IMG/VR virus record: IMGVR_UViG_3300014204_000013
Location: 1 to 64,000 of that record
Length of the DNA: 64,000 bases
Origin: a virus
Lineage: Duplodnaviria; Caudoviricetes
Reading direction: 5' to 3' (one strand)
Below the pieces are notes generated by a model, which saw only the letters and a program-made list of their open reading frames with translations, ran no database searches and had not been told where the DNA came from. The position numbers and the translations under genes were made by a program. Below, piece after piece: positions 47,631-57,536 of the stretch; positions within the stretch are counted from its first letter, which is position 1, and the number at the start of each line of letters is the position of its first letter.

Positions 47631-48812
47631 ATGGTACAAGGTTATGGACGAATGGTGGTAAATTTCAAGTTCCCATTCAGCGTTACGGCAACTACGCCGG
47701 GAGCTTCTGTGCAATGTGGGGATGATCCGGCCTACGTTTACGAATTTGGCCTCAGCCGATACGCAAAACCATGGGAAGCGGCTCCAGATATGTGCGCAGA
47801 GCTTGAGGGTATCGAAATCATCGGCCCAGTAGATGCAATGGGTGTCAGAGTACCTATTAAGAGAGTAGCACCCGTTATTGCAGGTAACGATATCGGTGAG
47901 AATATTTCCATCAATGAAAAGATGGCCCCTGCATTGCGCGATGGATCTCCTGAAATTAATTATCCGTTCCGAGAGAGGCAGACAGCAATTAACTTTGGTA
48001 AAGCCCTTCTTATGGGTGGACCTGCTGATACGACTTCTGTTAAGATCGGCCCTGGCGACACACTAAATTTCAAGGTAGAGTTCCCGACACTAGCACATGG
48101 CGGCGACGCGGCCATCAATACAGATATGGAAATTAAGGCTCACATTGCCTTCGCGAAGGGACAGGATCAGATGCTTAATGCTCTGAAGGCCTCTCCAGTA
48201 GCTGAAGTTTCTGCTGCAGCCAATTCCAACCAGATCAGACAGTATGCAGTCCTGGGCGATATGGAGATTGCAGATGTTATTGGTGCTCAAGTTATCGATA
48301 GATCTGTTCCGGCAACTCTGGATTCCTGGTCCAGCCTAAACATGGGTCAAAATGCAGATGATCCTCAGATTAAGCGCATAATGATATACAGCAAGAACAA
48401 TCAGCCCACTACACCTAACCAAGAAATGGAATTAGTACGCGACGGCCAGTATGTACAGGTGCCTTTCCAGAGTCTGCGGTGGACAGCCACAGACAAGAAG
48501 TTCTACAGATTCACCCACTGCGGTGTTGTACCCCACCCCAACAACTTCCAGATAAAGTTCGAAAAGGGCAACAGTCGCTTCCCTCAGATCTTTAACTGTG
48601 AAACCGTCGATAATCCCTTCGTCATGCCTCAGCAGAGACTGGTTGCTAACCAGCGTTTCAATGGTCCAACTGAGCTTGCCAGGCCTTACACCCTCATGAA
48701 GGAGATCGGTTCCGTGAAGATCACTGACAACGGCGTTGCAATTCCAGCCTGGGCTGCAGGTGTCAGGGGATTCGAGATTGCGCTTTGGGGCTATGAATAC
48801 ACCCTCGCATAG
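47631..48812 (+). CDS. Candidate major capsid protein, double-jelly-roll-like (393 aa)
   Basis: Two beta-rich halves, no transmembrane segment, GGAGTG RBS, heads the structural operon; no HK97 features. Confidence 0.5.
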   Translation: MVQGYGRMVVNFKFPFSVTATTPGASVQCGDDPAYVYEFGLSRYAKPWEAAPDMCAELEGIEIIGPVDAMGVRVPIKRVAPVIAGNDIGENISINEKMAPALRDGSPEINYPFRERQTAINFGKALLMGGPADTTSVKIGPGDTLNFKVEFPTLAHGGDAAINTDMEIKAHIAFAKGQDQMLNALKASPVAEVSAAANSNQIRQYAVLGDMEIADVIGAQVIDRSVPATLDSWSSLNMGQNADDPQIKRIMIYSKNNQPTTPNQEMELVRDGQYVQVPFQSLRWTATDKKFYRFTHCGVVPHPNNFQIKFEKGNSRFPQIFNCETVDNPFVMPQQRLVANQRFNGPTELARPYTLMKEIGSVKITDNGVAIPAWAAGVRGFEIALWGYEYTLA

Positions 48813-48821
48813 GGGATACTA

Positions 48822-49613
48822 ATGGCCTTTATAATTTTTCCGATAGGTGATGTCTCCCTTAATACCATCCAGGGAGTATCGGACTACTGGGTGAGACTCC
48901 CGGTAAACGCCAAGCCCATTCGCAACATTACTACTCAACTCTGGGGTAGTTTGGCACTGGCCCTGGCCGGTGGAGCAAAAGGAGTATTCCTTGAATCTTT
49001 GAAAGTTGCTGATTCTGTCGTAATCGACAACTGTGAAGATGCATGGGACAGTGCCGTAGCAGCCAACACCACAAATGCGGTAGACCTGGTTGATTTCAAG
49101 GTAGGTACTGCTTCCGTGAAGCATGTTTGTGCCGCAGCGATGGCTGCAGATGTGTTTACCACAGAAGTAGTAGCTCCCGGAGATCTCGATACCTATACCC
49201 ATATTGAGGTATGGCTAAAGAGCAGTGTAGATATGGCTGCCGACAGCCTCAGAATTCTACTGGATGATACTGCAGATTGTGCATCCGTTCTGGAAACCCT
49301 AAGTGCTCCAGCCCTGGTTGCAAACGTCTGGAAACACTGCAGAATAGCTCTCGCCAATCCCCAGCTTGACCTGGCCATCATCTCTGCCGGCCTCCAATTC
49401 CATATTGATGTAGGGGCCTGTAATGTCTGGATGGATGATCTTCGCGCAGTAACTCTTGCACGTTCTGTCGAAGTTCTAAAAGTGGATGACTTCAATCCAG
49501 ATGACATGTATTTCGCACTGTCTGCTGGAATTGAATCTGATGACTGCAAGACCAATCGTAAATTGATGGTCTATTACACCAGCCCTGATGAAGACGATCA
49601 GTGCTCTAATTAA
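48822..49613 (+). CDS. Structural/decoration protein with a galactose-binding-like insertion (paralog A)
   Basis: IDNCEDAWD...THIEVWLKS...ANVWKH...WMDDLRAV (CBM-like pattern). Confidence 0.6.
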   Translation: MAFIIFPIGDVSLNTIQGVSDYWVRLPVNAKPIRNITTQLWGSLALALAGGAKGVFLESLKVADSVVIDNCEDAWDSAVAANTTNAVDLVDFKVGTASVKHVCAAAMAADVFTTEVVAPGDLDTYTHIEVWLKSSVDMAADSLRILLDDTADCASVLETLSAPALVANVWKHCRIALANPQLDLAIISAGLQFHIDVGACNVWMDDLRAVTLARSVEVLKVDDFNPDDMYFALSAGIESDDCKTNRKLMVYYTSPDEDDQCSN

Positions 49614-49625
49614 AGGTGATTAAAA

Positions 49626-50417
49626 ATGTTTTGTATATTTCCAATAGGGGATGTCTCTCTCAATACCATTCAGGGTGTATCTGATTATTGGGTAAGACTT
49701 CCAGTGGGTGCAAAACCCATCCGTAACATTACCACCCAGCTCTGGGGTAGTCTCGCTCTAGCACTCGCAGGTGGGTGTAAAGGTGTCTTTATGGAATCTC
49801 TCAGAGTTGCAGATTCTGTAATTATTGATAATTGTGAAGATGCTTGGGATGAAGCAGTCGGTGCGGATGTCACTGCTACTTTGGATAACGTTGATTTCAA
49901 AGTAGGAGCTGGAAGCTGTCAGTTTGATTTCGTAGTGGCTACTGCTGCAGGTGCTCTTACCACTGAAGTAGTAGCTCCTGGCGATCTCGACATCTATACT
50001 CACATTGAGTACTGGATCAAGTCCACCAAGGCAACAACTGCGGGCGATCTGACATTGAATGTGGCTGCTGACGCTAAGTGTGCCACTCCGTTAGAAACTT
50101 TGAACGTGCCTGCTCTTACCGCTAACGTCTGGACTCACGTTAGAACTGCTCTCGCCAACCCCCAGCTTGACCTGGCCATCATATCTGTAGGCATTGCATA
50201 TGCAGTGGACACTGCAGATATCTACAGCATTAACATTGATGATATCAGAGCAGTGACCCTTGCACGTTCTGTTGAGGTTTTGAAGGTGGATGATTTCTCT
50301 CCAGATGACATGTACTTCGCGCTGTCTGATGGAATTGAAAATGAAGGGGGTAAGACAAATCGTGTTCTAATGGTATATTACACCTCACCGGATGAAGACG
50401 ATCAGTGCAGCAGTTAG
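49626..50417 (+). CDS. Structural/decoration protein (paralog B)
   Basis: Near-identical N- and C-termini to paralog A; variable central patches. Confidence 0.6.
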   Translation: MFCIFPIGDVSLNTIQGVSDYWVRLPVGAKPIRNITTQLWGSLALALAGGCKGVFMESLRVADSVIIDNCEDAWDEAVGADVTATLDNVDFKVGAGSCQFDFVVATAAGALTTEVVAPGDLDIYTHIEYWIKSTKATTAGDLTLNVAADAKCATPLETLNVPALTANVWTHVRTALANPQLDLAIISVGIAYAVDTADIYSINIDDIRAVTLARSVEVLKVDDFSPDDMYFALSDGIENEGGKTNRVLMVYYTSPDEDDQCSS

Positions 50418-50482
50418 AAGAATATTCTTCTAGCCACTTTTTTATAACAAATTATATTAACACATACTACAATGTATCCGAT

Positions 50483-50911
50483 ATGTCACTATCGGGTAGA
50501 AGAGTTACGGTAAGCCCCCCACCAACTCCAACATGTCCTCCAGGACAATCGTATCAAATTGATCATCAGAAATGTGCTCCTGATTACAATTTGAATTGTC
50601 CGGATACCATGATGAGAGATTCTGTTGGAGTGTGCATACCCAAACCGTTGTTATGTCCCAATGGTAATATTGTAAATGGTCAATGTGTCCCATTACCCGA
50701 ACCCCCTATACAGTCAGCTCCATGTCCATCTAGTTTTCCTATGGCATCTGATGGTAAATGTATAGGTGCTGCAATCTGTCCATCCGGATCGAGTATAGTT
50801 AATGGTATCTGTAGGACACCTGACATTGTGGTACCAAAAATATGCACACCCGGAACAATTGAAATTAGCGGAAAATGTGTTGATATTACAAAAATTACTA
50901 CTGTTTTATGA
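50483..50911 (+). CDS. Cysteine-rich CPxG-repeat protein, paralog of 953..1447
   Basis: MSLSGRRV..TCPPGQSYQ..CAPDYNLNCP; CPNG, CPSS, CPSG, CTPG repeats. Confidence 0.75.
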   Translation: MSLSGRRVTVSPPPTPTCPPGQSYQIDHQKCAPDYNLNCPDTMMRDSVGVCIPKPLLCPNGNIVNGQCVPLPEPPIQSAPCPSSFPMASDGKCIGAAICPSGSSIVNGICRTPDIVVPKICTPGTIEISGKCVDITKITTVL

Positions 50912-50917
50912 TAGGAG

Positions 50918-51274
50918 ATGTACAAAATGGAATATGGCGTAGCTGTTGGATTAAACGGGTTAAAATCTGTATCTCAAACGTCTAACGTAGGATCGGCTAT
51001 AGCAAACGGACTTAATGTGTCAGCTAATCCAGATGGATCGAAAAATGTACATATGGGATATGGTGGAATAATTACAACTCCTCCTCCAAGTTGCCCATCA
51101 ACACATGCTGGGTTGTGTATTTTAAAATCCGGGATATCTGAAAAAGCATGTCCATCTGGATCACCTGCAGATTCAGCAGGGGTTTGTAAAACCTCTGGGG
51201 CTGTCATGGAACAAATCTGCCCATCCGGTACAGTTAAAGATTCACTTGGTAGGTGTGTATGGGTTCCACCTTAA
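50918..51274 (+). CDS. Cysteine-rich CPSG-repeat protein
   Basis: CPST..C, CPSG..AGVC, CPSG..LGRC. Confidence 0.7.
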   Translation: MYKMEYGVAVGLNGLKSVSQTSNVGSAIANGLNVSANPDGSKNVHMGYGGIITTPPPSCPSTHAGLCILKSGISEKACPSGSPADSAGVCKTSGAVMEQICPSGTVKDSLGRCVWVPP

Positions 51275-51275
51275 T

Positions 51276-51503
51276 TTATTTTAGAAAATTTATTGTACTC
51301 CTAATGTCTATCATTATTTTATCTACATCCAAATCTTTATTTACATTTGGTGGAAATATAATAAGTACACCATGGCTCATTACTTGTACGGTATCATGAT
51401 GTTTTAATTTATTTTCTTTACACCAAACCTTTGGCAATGTAACCCGTAACGAAGATCCCCCGGACTGAGTTACCATTACATCAGTTAATTTTGGCATTAT
51501 CAA
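51276..51503 (-). CDS. AbrB/MazE/SpoVT-family DNA-binding protein
   Basis: VTQSGGSSLRVTLPKVW...LKHHDTVQV. Confidence 0.8.
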   Translation of the reverse strand: MIMPKLTDVMVTQSGGSSLRVTLPKVWCKENKLKHHDTVQVMSHGVLIIFPPNVNKDLDVDKIMIDIRSTINFLK

Positions 51504-51612
51504 TAGTCTATATTCAAAGTATTTAACTTATTTCCTAAAAATCATTTATTCATACATACATATTTAACTTATTCAACATATCTTTTTATAATTAGCTAAA
51601 ATATAACTATGT

Positions 51613-52686
51613 ATGACATTTTTTGCCAAACCCGGATATGCCCAGTACTGCCCAGAGGTACTTCCAGAAGTATCAGTGGACAATGTAGTGGTAGCAGGTA
51701 CAGAAATCTGTAAATATGAAAATTACGGGAAGCGCCTTCTCGAAATTCGAAATCTGGTTTCGTCCAGGCCTGCAGCCAATCCCATAGAAACCGTAATCCA
51801 TACAGATATTAGCGGTGAATCCCAAAAGCTATATTCTGCCGGCCAGGGTAACGTCCGGGTTGATATGATTGACACTTTTGCAAATAAAACCAGAGCACGC
51901 GAATTTGTTTCCATTAGACAGAGGAGTGTAGGCGGTGCAGAAGCCAATATTATTAATCGATGTCATGTTGTAGTTCGGAATTACAATCTTCTCGATCTTT
52001 ATCGATGGGGTGTTAAACCTGATGATGCCATTACAGTAATTGATCCAACAAAACAGGAAGCCGATAAACAGCGCATACTGGCTGCTGCTAACATAGTTGA
52101 GCGTGCAACCGTGGGTGAACTCCCTAATCATATCGATCTTCTCAGCCCCTCTATCGAGGAACAATTTGAAGATATCAAGGAACTAGATCGCCAAATTCCA
52201 GCTTTGGCAGCTAACGGTGGCAGCCATGTCCTGGGTGGATCCTGGATTTCAGTGCCTCCCGGCTATGTCGCCGTGATCCTGGCTGTAGGAATAGACGCGC
52301 AACAGATAGTTCTTGATCTGGCCGCAGGCACTGGGCCTTTCAGATGCTGCTACATTTACATAAGTCGCGACGATCTAGAAAATTACGTTCGAATGGATGC
52401 CGCAGGAATGCCAAATATCATGTCAGGCGCTGCAGGGCAGTCTGATTTTGACATGAGAATGTATATCCCCGTGACAAAGAGATTCCAGCTCCAGATCGTA
52501 AATAATCACGCAATAAGTCCAACTGTTGCTAATCTTAGAGTACGAATGAGATACGGTCTTCGCAAGATGACGCTCATAGATCATGAAAAGTGGGCAATTC
52601 CCTACAACACTAATGATCAGGTTGCAGCAACAGCATTGCTTGAAAAATTTGGAGTCAAGGATAAGGTCATAATTGGCGAGCAGTAG
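51613..52686 (+). CDS. Second capsid-protein candidate with an internal two-fold repeat (357 aa)
   Basis: Halves end in VVVRNYNLLDLYRWGV and YGLRKMTLIDHEKWAI; beta-rich. Confidence 0.45.
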   Translation: MTFFAKPGYAQYCPEVLPEVSVDNVVVAGTEICKYENYGKRLLEIRNLVSSRPAANPIETVIHTDISGESQKLYSAGQGNVRVDMIDTFANKTRAREFVSIRQRSVGGAEANIINRCHVVVRNYNLLDLYRWGVKPDDAITVIDPTKQEADKQRILAAANIVERATVGELPNHIDLLSPSIEEQFEDIKELDRQIPALAANGGSHVLGGSWISVPPGYVAVILAVGIDAQQIVLDLAAGTGPFRCCYIYISRDDLENYVRMDAAGMPNIMSGAAGQSDFDMRMYIPVTKRFQLQIVNNHAISPTVANLRVRMRYGLRKMTLIDHEKWAIPYNTNDQVAATALLEKFGVKDKVIIGEQ

Positions 52687-52693
52687 GGGCACC

Positions 52694-53065
52694 ATGCCAA
52701 ACTACAGCCACATTCCTTTTTCCATCTACCGCCAATCCTTTGGTGGTGTTGGAGATGCGGGTCTTAAACGTTATGACATAATGCAGGGTGACTCATCTCA
52801 ATCCGGGTTGGGTGTTCCAGCGAAATCTATTGCAATAACCAACCACGGCCCCGGAATTATTTATTATCAACTTAGTTCCAATGGAGTTGATATTTCGGTA
52901 GTAGATGGTCTTGATTCTGGTCAAGCAAAAATATTCTCTGCAGATGAAGGAGTTTATGTATCAGTGATTTCATTATATTCAGACAATGCGGCTACTGTAT
53001 TCTCATTTATCGCAACTCCCGGAATTTGGACAGATGAAGAACTGGCTGACTTATTTGGAGGCTAA
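52694..53065 (+). CDS. Small beta protein, possible single-jelly-roll penton or minor capsid protein
   Basis: KSIAITNHGPGIIYYQLS pattern; start MPNYSH (track starts 52673). Confidence 0.45.
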   Translation: MPNYSHIPFSIYRQSFGGVGDAGLKRYDIMQGDSSQSGLGVPAKSIAITNHGPGIIYYQLSSNGVDISVVDGLDSGQAKIFSADEGVYVSVISLYSDNAATVFSFIATPGIWTDEELADLFGG

Positions 53066-53067
53066 AA

Positions 53068-54111
53068 ATGCCAACCATAGTAATGTTTACCATCAAGACT
53101 GATATCGATAGTCTTTATCTTAGTCGTGATGCAGGGGGGACTTTATTCGTTGATAAAGCATATGCAGGAGCATCGGATAGCAATGATGGTCTTTCAGCTA
53201 CTTCACCCAAGCTCACCATCATGGGGGCTGTAAACGCTGCCGGTCCCGGTTGGACTATTCGAATAGCCCCCGGATCATACGCTGAAAATGTGGTAATTCC
53301 TGCAGGGTCTGATGGAATTCAATTAGTTGGTCGTGCTCGCGATGGACCAAATAAGACATCGATAGCCCCAACTACAGGTAATCCGCTTACAATTAATTGC
53401 AGTTATGCTGAAATTTCCTATTTGGAATTAGTGGATATAACTGCAATTGCAGGATCTACCTGCCTATCAGTAACTGGATATCGTCATAAAATCCATGATA
53501 TTGCAGTCATGGGTGCTAGTGATGGTTGCATTGGAATTAGTCTTTCTAATGTAGACTACGGAGAAATTCATGACTGCTATCTTAATGGAGCATATGTACT
53601 TAATGGTATTGGAATTCTCATAATTGGTGATTCCATTGGAACTAGAATATATCATAATTATATAACAAAATGGGGTAGTGGATCAAGCGATCCAGCTCAT
53701 GTGCCTGGTGATCCTCTCGCTCATAATGGATATGGCATCGGCAGAGATCATGATGCTCAACGTATTGCGATTGAAGAAAACGACATTATAGATAATTTCG
53801 TTGGGGTTTATTTCTATCCACCACCCGGAGCTACGGGCCTTGAAGGTGACTATGTAGGCCATAACAATTTTCTGGAAAATCGTAGTTATGATGTATGGGA
53901 TTCACATGCACATCCAACATCTGCTATTGCCATAGACGAGAATTTTTATGGTTATACTACAGGATCTAATAATTGGTATGATGATCCCAACGGAGACAAC
54001 ATCGCAGACCTGATAGTTATATGCGGGACCACAAACCGAGATAGACACCCGGTTCCAAGTCCTTATAGTTGGAAGAATAACAAAGGAAATTCTAGGGTAG
54101 GAGTGATTTAA
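53068..54111 (+). CDS. Right-handed beta-helix (pectin lyase/NosD-like) spike protein
   Basis: DSNDGLSATSPKLTIMGAV...IRIAPGSYAENVVI; N/G/I-rich coils. Confidence 0.75.
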   Translation: MPTIVMFTIKTDIDSLYLSRDAGGTLFVDKAYAGASDSNDGLSATSPKLTIMGAVNAAGPGWTIRIAPGSYAENVVIPAGSDGIQLVGRARDGPNKTSIAPTTGNPLTINCSYAEISYLELVDITAIAGSTCLSVTGYRHKIHDIAVMGASDGCIGISLSNVDYGEIHDCYLNGAYVLNGIGILIIGDSIGTRIYHNYITKWGSGSSDPAHVPGDPLAHNGYGIGRDHDAQRIAIEENDIIDNFVGVYFYPPPGATGLEGDYVGHNNFLENRSYDVWDSHAHPTSAIAIDENFYGYTTGSNNWYDDPNGDNIADLIVICGTTNRDRHPVPSPYSWKNNKGNSRVGVI

Positions 54112-54230
54112 ATTGGATAAACCCATCATATCTGAAAAGGGTGAATCGCCTGGAACTCTACCAGATGAAGCCCCAATACCAATTGCAATTGTCAAAAATA
54201 AAGTACCAAAAATTGATGAGGTGATGCCAA

Positions 54231-55802
54231 TTGCATGATAAATGTAATCCAACTCCCAACGATGTAGCCTACATCGATCCATTTAAAGATTCTCATCTTG
54301 ACACCACGTTTTGGGTTTCCGCAGTTACGGGTGGTGTAACTGTAACTGAGGGTATTGGTCTTTTATCTATAGACCATGAAATTGCAGCCGTAGTAGGATC
54401 TGGCAGTATTACAACTCTTAAAAAATTTGGATGGCATCAAACAATTTCTGCAGGTTTGACATTAGTAACCGGATCAATTGCTGGGGATGGAAATCATGCC
54501 GAAGCAGGAATTACCCTTTACAAAGATGCAACCCACTTCGTAAAATTTGGACCATATAGAGACACAGCAGCCGGTACAAACCGTCTATCCATGCTTCATT
54601 ATCAAAATGGTGGAGCAGATAACTATGTTGCTTTTTCAGCTACTATTTGTGATGCTCTTTCTCATCAATATACCATAGTAATGCTTGAAAATCGAGCAAT
54701 TTTATTGTTAGATGGTGCGATAGTTTATGATTTTGAGTTGGTAGGGTTTGTAGATTATACTGTAGCATTAGATGCAACGGTAACTGCAGTAGGAGATCAC
54801 GTACATGCTAATTTTGCCAATTTCATGTGCATCAAAAACACAGATTTTATATCATCGTTATTTCAAGCAAACTCTTCTGCAGCTTTAATTGCTATGCTAA
54901 CGGCTACCGATCTAGTAGTTGATGATATTCATGCGGATCTTATAACTGTAGACGGCATTGCCGATGATATTAAAGCACAAGTATTGTTAATGGATACAAA
55001 ACACATGTTCTCGGGTCATATAGACCTCCCTAACACCACAGCGGTCGAACTTACGTTTGACTCGGCTACTCATGGAGATCAGTTTGAGTTGGTCCTGGCT
55101 GCAGCTCTGGGTATGGGTATAATGGAAAAGGCAGTAGTAAGTGATAATGGATCTTACACCGATTTCACCAGTCAATGCAATAGCCTGACAACCAGAGATG
55201 TGAGAATGCTTCCTGCAGTTCCAGTAACTAACCAGGATGCTTTCATAGTAATGGCTGCAGCTAAATTTTGTTACATTGATGTCTATATGGAAGGTGGAAT
55301 AGTAAATACCAACAACGTGATCGCTATCCAATACTACAAAGATGATCACACTTGGGTAAACATTCCCGGAGTTACAGATGGTACATTTGACACCCAGTCT
55401 CTGGGTAAGAGTGGTCGTGTAAGTTTCTCACCCCCGGCAGACTGGGATACTCAGACTCTGGATGGATTTACAGGGTATGCAGTTCGATTTTACGTAACAA
55501 CCGCAGGCGCAGATGTACCATACGCAACACATATCCAGCTTAGTGATGATACGTCTGAATCATTTGATCAAGTGGCAGGAGTGTTTGATACCCTATTGGT
55601 ATATATTAAACGAAATTTCCCAACCATCGGATATCAAACGATGATTGGTGACAAAATGGAGTACGTTCAAGCAATCGGAATTAGAGATGTAGATATAAAC
55701 GGGTATAGATGCTACGGTGATACCAAAATAGGATTTCAACTGGGTGCAACTCCAGGAAAAAATGTGGCCATACCTTATTTCGGATTTACTCGGAGGCTTT
55801 AA
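54231..55802 (+). CDS. Multi-domain fibre/spike protein (lectin-like N-domain, coiled linker)
   Basis: Beta-rich domains joined by VDDIHADLITVDGIADDIKAQV. Confidence 0.6.
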   Translation: MHDKCNPTPNDVAYIDPFKDSHLDTTFWVSAVTGGVTVTEGIGLLSIDHEIAAVVGSGSITTLKKFGWHQTISAGLTLVTGSIAGDGNHAEAGITLYKDATHFVKFGPYRDTAAGTNRLSMLHYQNGGADNYVAFSATICDALSHQYTIVMLENRAILLLDGAIVYDFELVGFVDYTVALDATVTAVGDHVHANFANFMCIKNTDFISSLFQANSSAALIAMLTATDLVVDDIHADLITVDGIADDIKAQVLLMDTKHMFSGHIDLPNTTAVELTFDSATHGDQFELVLAAALGMGIMEKAVVSDNGSYTDFTSQCNSLTTRDVRMLPAVPVTNQDAFIVMAAAKFCYIDVYMEGGIVNTNNVIAIQYYKDDHTWVNIPGVTDGTFDTQSLGKSGRVSFSPPADWDTQTLDGFTGYAVRFYVTTAGADVPYATHIQLSDDTSESFDQVAGVFDTLLVYIKRNFPTIGYQTMIGDKMEYVQAIGIRDVDINGYRCYGDTKIGFQLGATPGKNVAIPYFGFTRRL

Positions 55803-57536
55803 ATGTCTAATATTGCATCAAAAATTCAAAGTAAAATACAGCCCTTGGATGCCAGAAGCATCCAGGAGGTATGTTTTTTAGGCGATACTTCAGTATCCGC
55901 TAACTTAATAACCGATATACCAAAAAGTATATTGGTTGGAAAATCTCAAGATAGTATTGTCGAAATTAAAAGTATTCAATTATCAGATTTGAATGATCAA
56001 ACTCAACCTAAATGGATAGAAGATTATAACACGGAAATAGAAAAATCAACAGCATGGTTAAAACTGGAAGGCATATTATCAACTATTAGACCAGTATCAA
56101 TAATGTCATGTGTTCCATCTGATATGTTTGCTGACGCAGGTGCATTTATTCCAGGTGCTCCTGCACAAATAAATTCAAGTGGGGAAGCATCAAAAATATT
56201 AATTACAGGAATAGGTAATAAAGAAGTTGTGCTTTTTACTGATGCAACCTATTCTAATGCTTATGCAGGATATGCTCTTTATCCATCTGTATCCAGACAG
56301 ATGTATTTATCTCCTGAAGGAAATTTATATATTTTCATAAGTTTAATTTATGGCGGATCTGCACATTCAAGATGTATCTATGGCAAATCCACGGATGGTG
56401 GAGTTAATTGGGTATGGACCGAAGTTGATCCAACAGAAGCTGAAGGACATGCACATACCGCATTAGCAGTAGACAAATATGGGGATATTCATTTTGTTTG
56501 GGCAACTACGGATCATACTAATTTGTTATATAAATTAAAACATGCAAAATTAAATGTAAAAACCGGAGTGATTGGTAGCATTTCAACCATAAATGACAAT
56601 GCCAAAATTTGGAATATATGCCCTTCAATTCAAATTGCTTCAGATGGAGAAAAACTTCATATAATGTGGTTGAGCGCAACTGATAGTACGGCATATCCAA
56701 ACATTTATTCTAGAACTGTAAATTTTAATGGTTCACTTGAAGCCATAGAGCAAATTACATCTGATGGTGGATCAAATATTTCCTATCAATATATTACAAT
56801 GGATACAGATAATAATGGATATCGACATGTGGTATCCATAGCAAAGAAAAATGCAACCACCGAATTTAATATATATTACAAATATGAAAATGGTGGTGGA
56901 TGGCAAGCAGCTCAACAGTTAAATTACGAAGCAGATGAAAATAAAGCAGCTCATTATATGTCTAATATACTTATTGATAAGAATAACAATATTTATATTG
57001 CATATGATATTGGGCCTTTCGATTCAACAACAAAGACCCCATTATACATACGAAAACTTTTTAATGGATCGACCTACCCAAGGGTTACAGTGCAAGCCGG
57101 AAATCCAGATATAGGTGGAACAATCCCTCACATGCAATTTGATAAAAATGAAAATATTACAATTGTATATATGAGCAATACCGCTCCTGATACTTATAAT
57201 GCTAGGAACATAACCAAAAATTTGGAAGTTGGAGATAGAATTATACTCCATGAAGTAGAAGCAGGACATGATCTATCCTATATTCACACACCCACTGGTA
57301 TGTTTCCTAACATTTCTGGCATCAATCCCAATGTAGCTCAACAAAATCTATTTTATGTTTATGCAGATTATGTTACGGGTGTGCCTGGTGCTATTGATAT
57401 TAAATTAGGATATGTTCGTGATTGCATAATGGGCAATCCAATTTTACCTCCTAGACTAAATGTTAATAATATAAATATTCGTGGATCTATAAGTAGATCA
57501 AAATTTAATGGTATGGCAAATCCAGCCTTACTTTAA
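55803..57536 (+). CDS. Beta-propeller (BNR/Asp-box) protein
   Basis: GKSTDGGVNW; repeated D..G..H(F/V)VW blades. Confidence 0.75.
   Translation: MSNIASKIQSKIQPLDARSIQEVCFLGDTSVSANLITDIPKSILVGKSQDSIVEIKSIQLSDLNDQTQPKWIEDYNTEIEKSTAWLKLEGILSTIRPVSIMSCVPSDMFADAGAFIPGAPAQINSSGEASKILITGIGNKEVVLFTDATYSNAYAGYALYPSVSRQMYLSPEGNLYIFISLIYGGSAHSRCIYGKSTDGGVNWVWTEVDPTEAEGHAHTALAVDKYGDIHFVWATTDHTNLLYKLKHAKLNVKTGVIGSISTINDNAKIWNICPSIQIASDGEKLHIMWLSATDSTAYPNIYSRTVNFNGSLEAIEQITSDGGSNISYQYITMDTDNNGYRHVVSIAKKNATTEFNIYYKYENGGGWQAAQQLNYEADENKAAHYMSNILIDKNNNIYIAYDIGPFDSTTKTPLYIRKLFNGSTYPRVTVQAGNPDIGGTIPHMQFDKNENITIVYMSNTAPDTYNARNITKNLEVGDRIILHEVEAGHDLSYIHTPTGMFPNISGINPNVAQQNLFYVYADYVTGVPGAIDIKLGYVRDCIMGNPILPPRLNVNNINIRGSISRSKFNGMANPALL

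Noticed and set aside
48822-50417. Diversity-generating retroelement TR/VR pair
   Set aside because: Both copies are full ORFs, many differences are at non-A positions, and no reverse transcriptase is in the window.
48810-52686. Pyrrolysine readthrough at the TAG stops of the two capsid candidates
   Set aside because: The following genes have their own ATG starts, and the intervening sequence gives no sign of conserved read-through.
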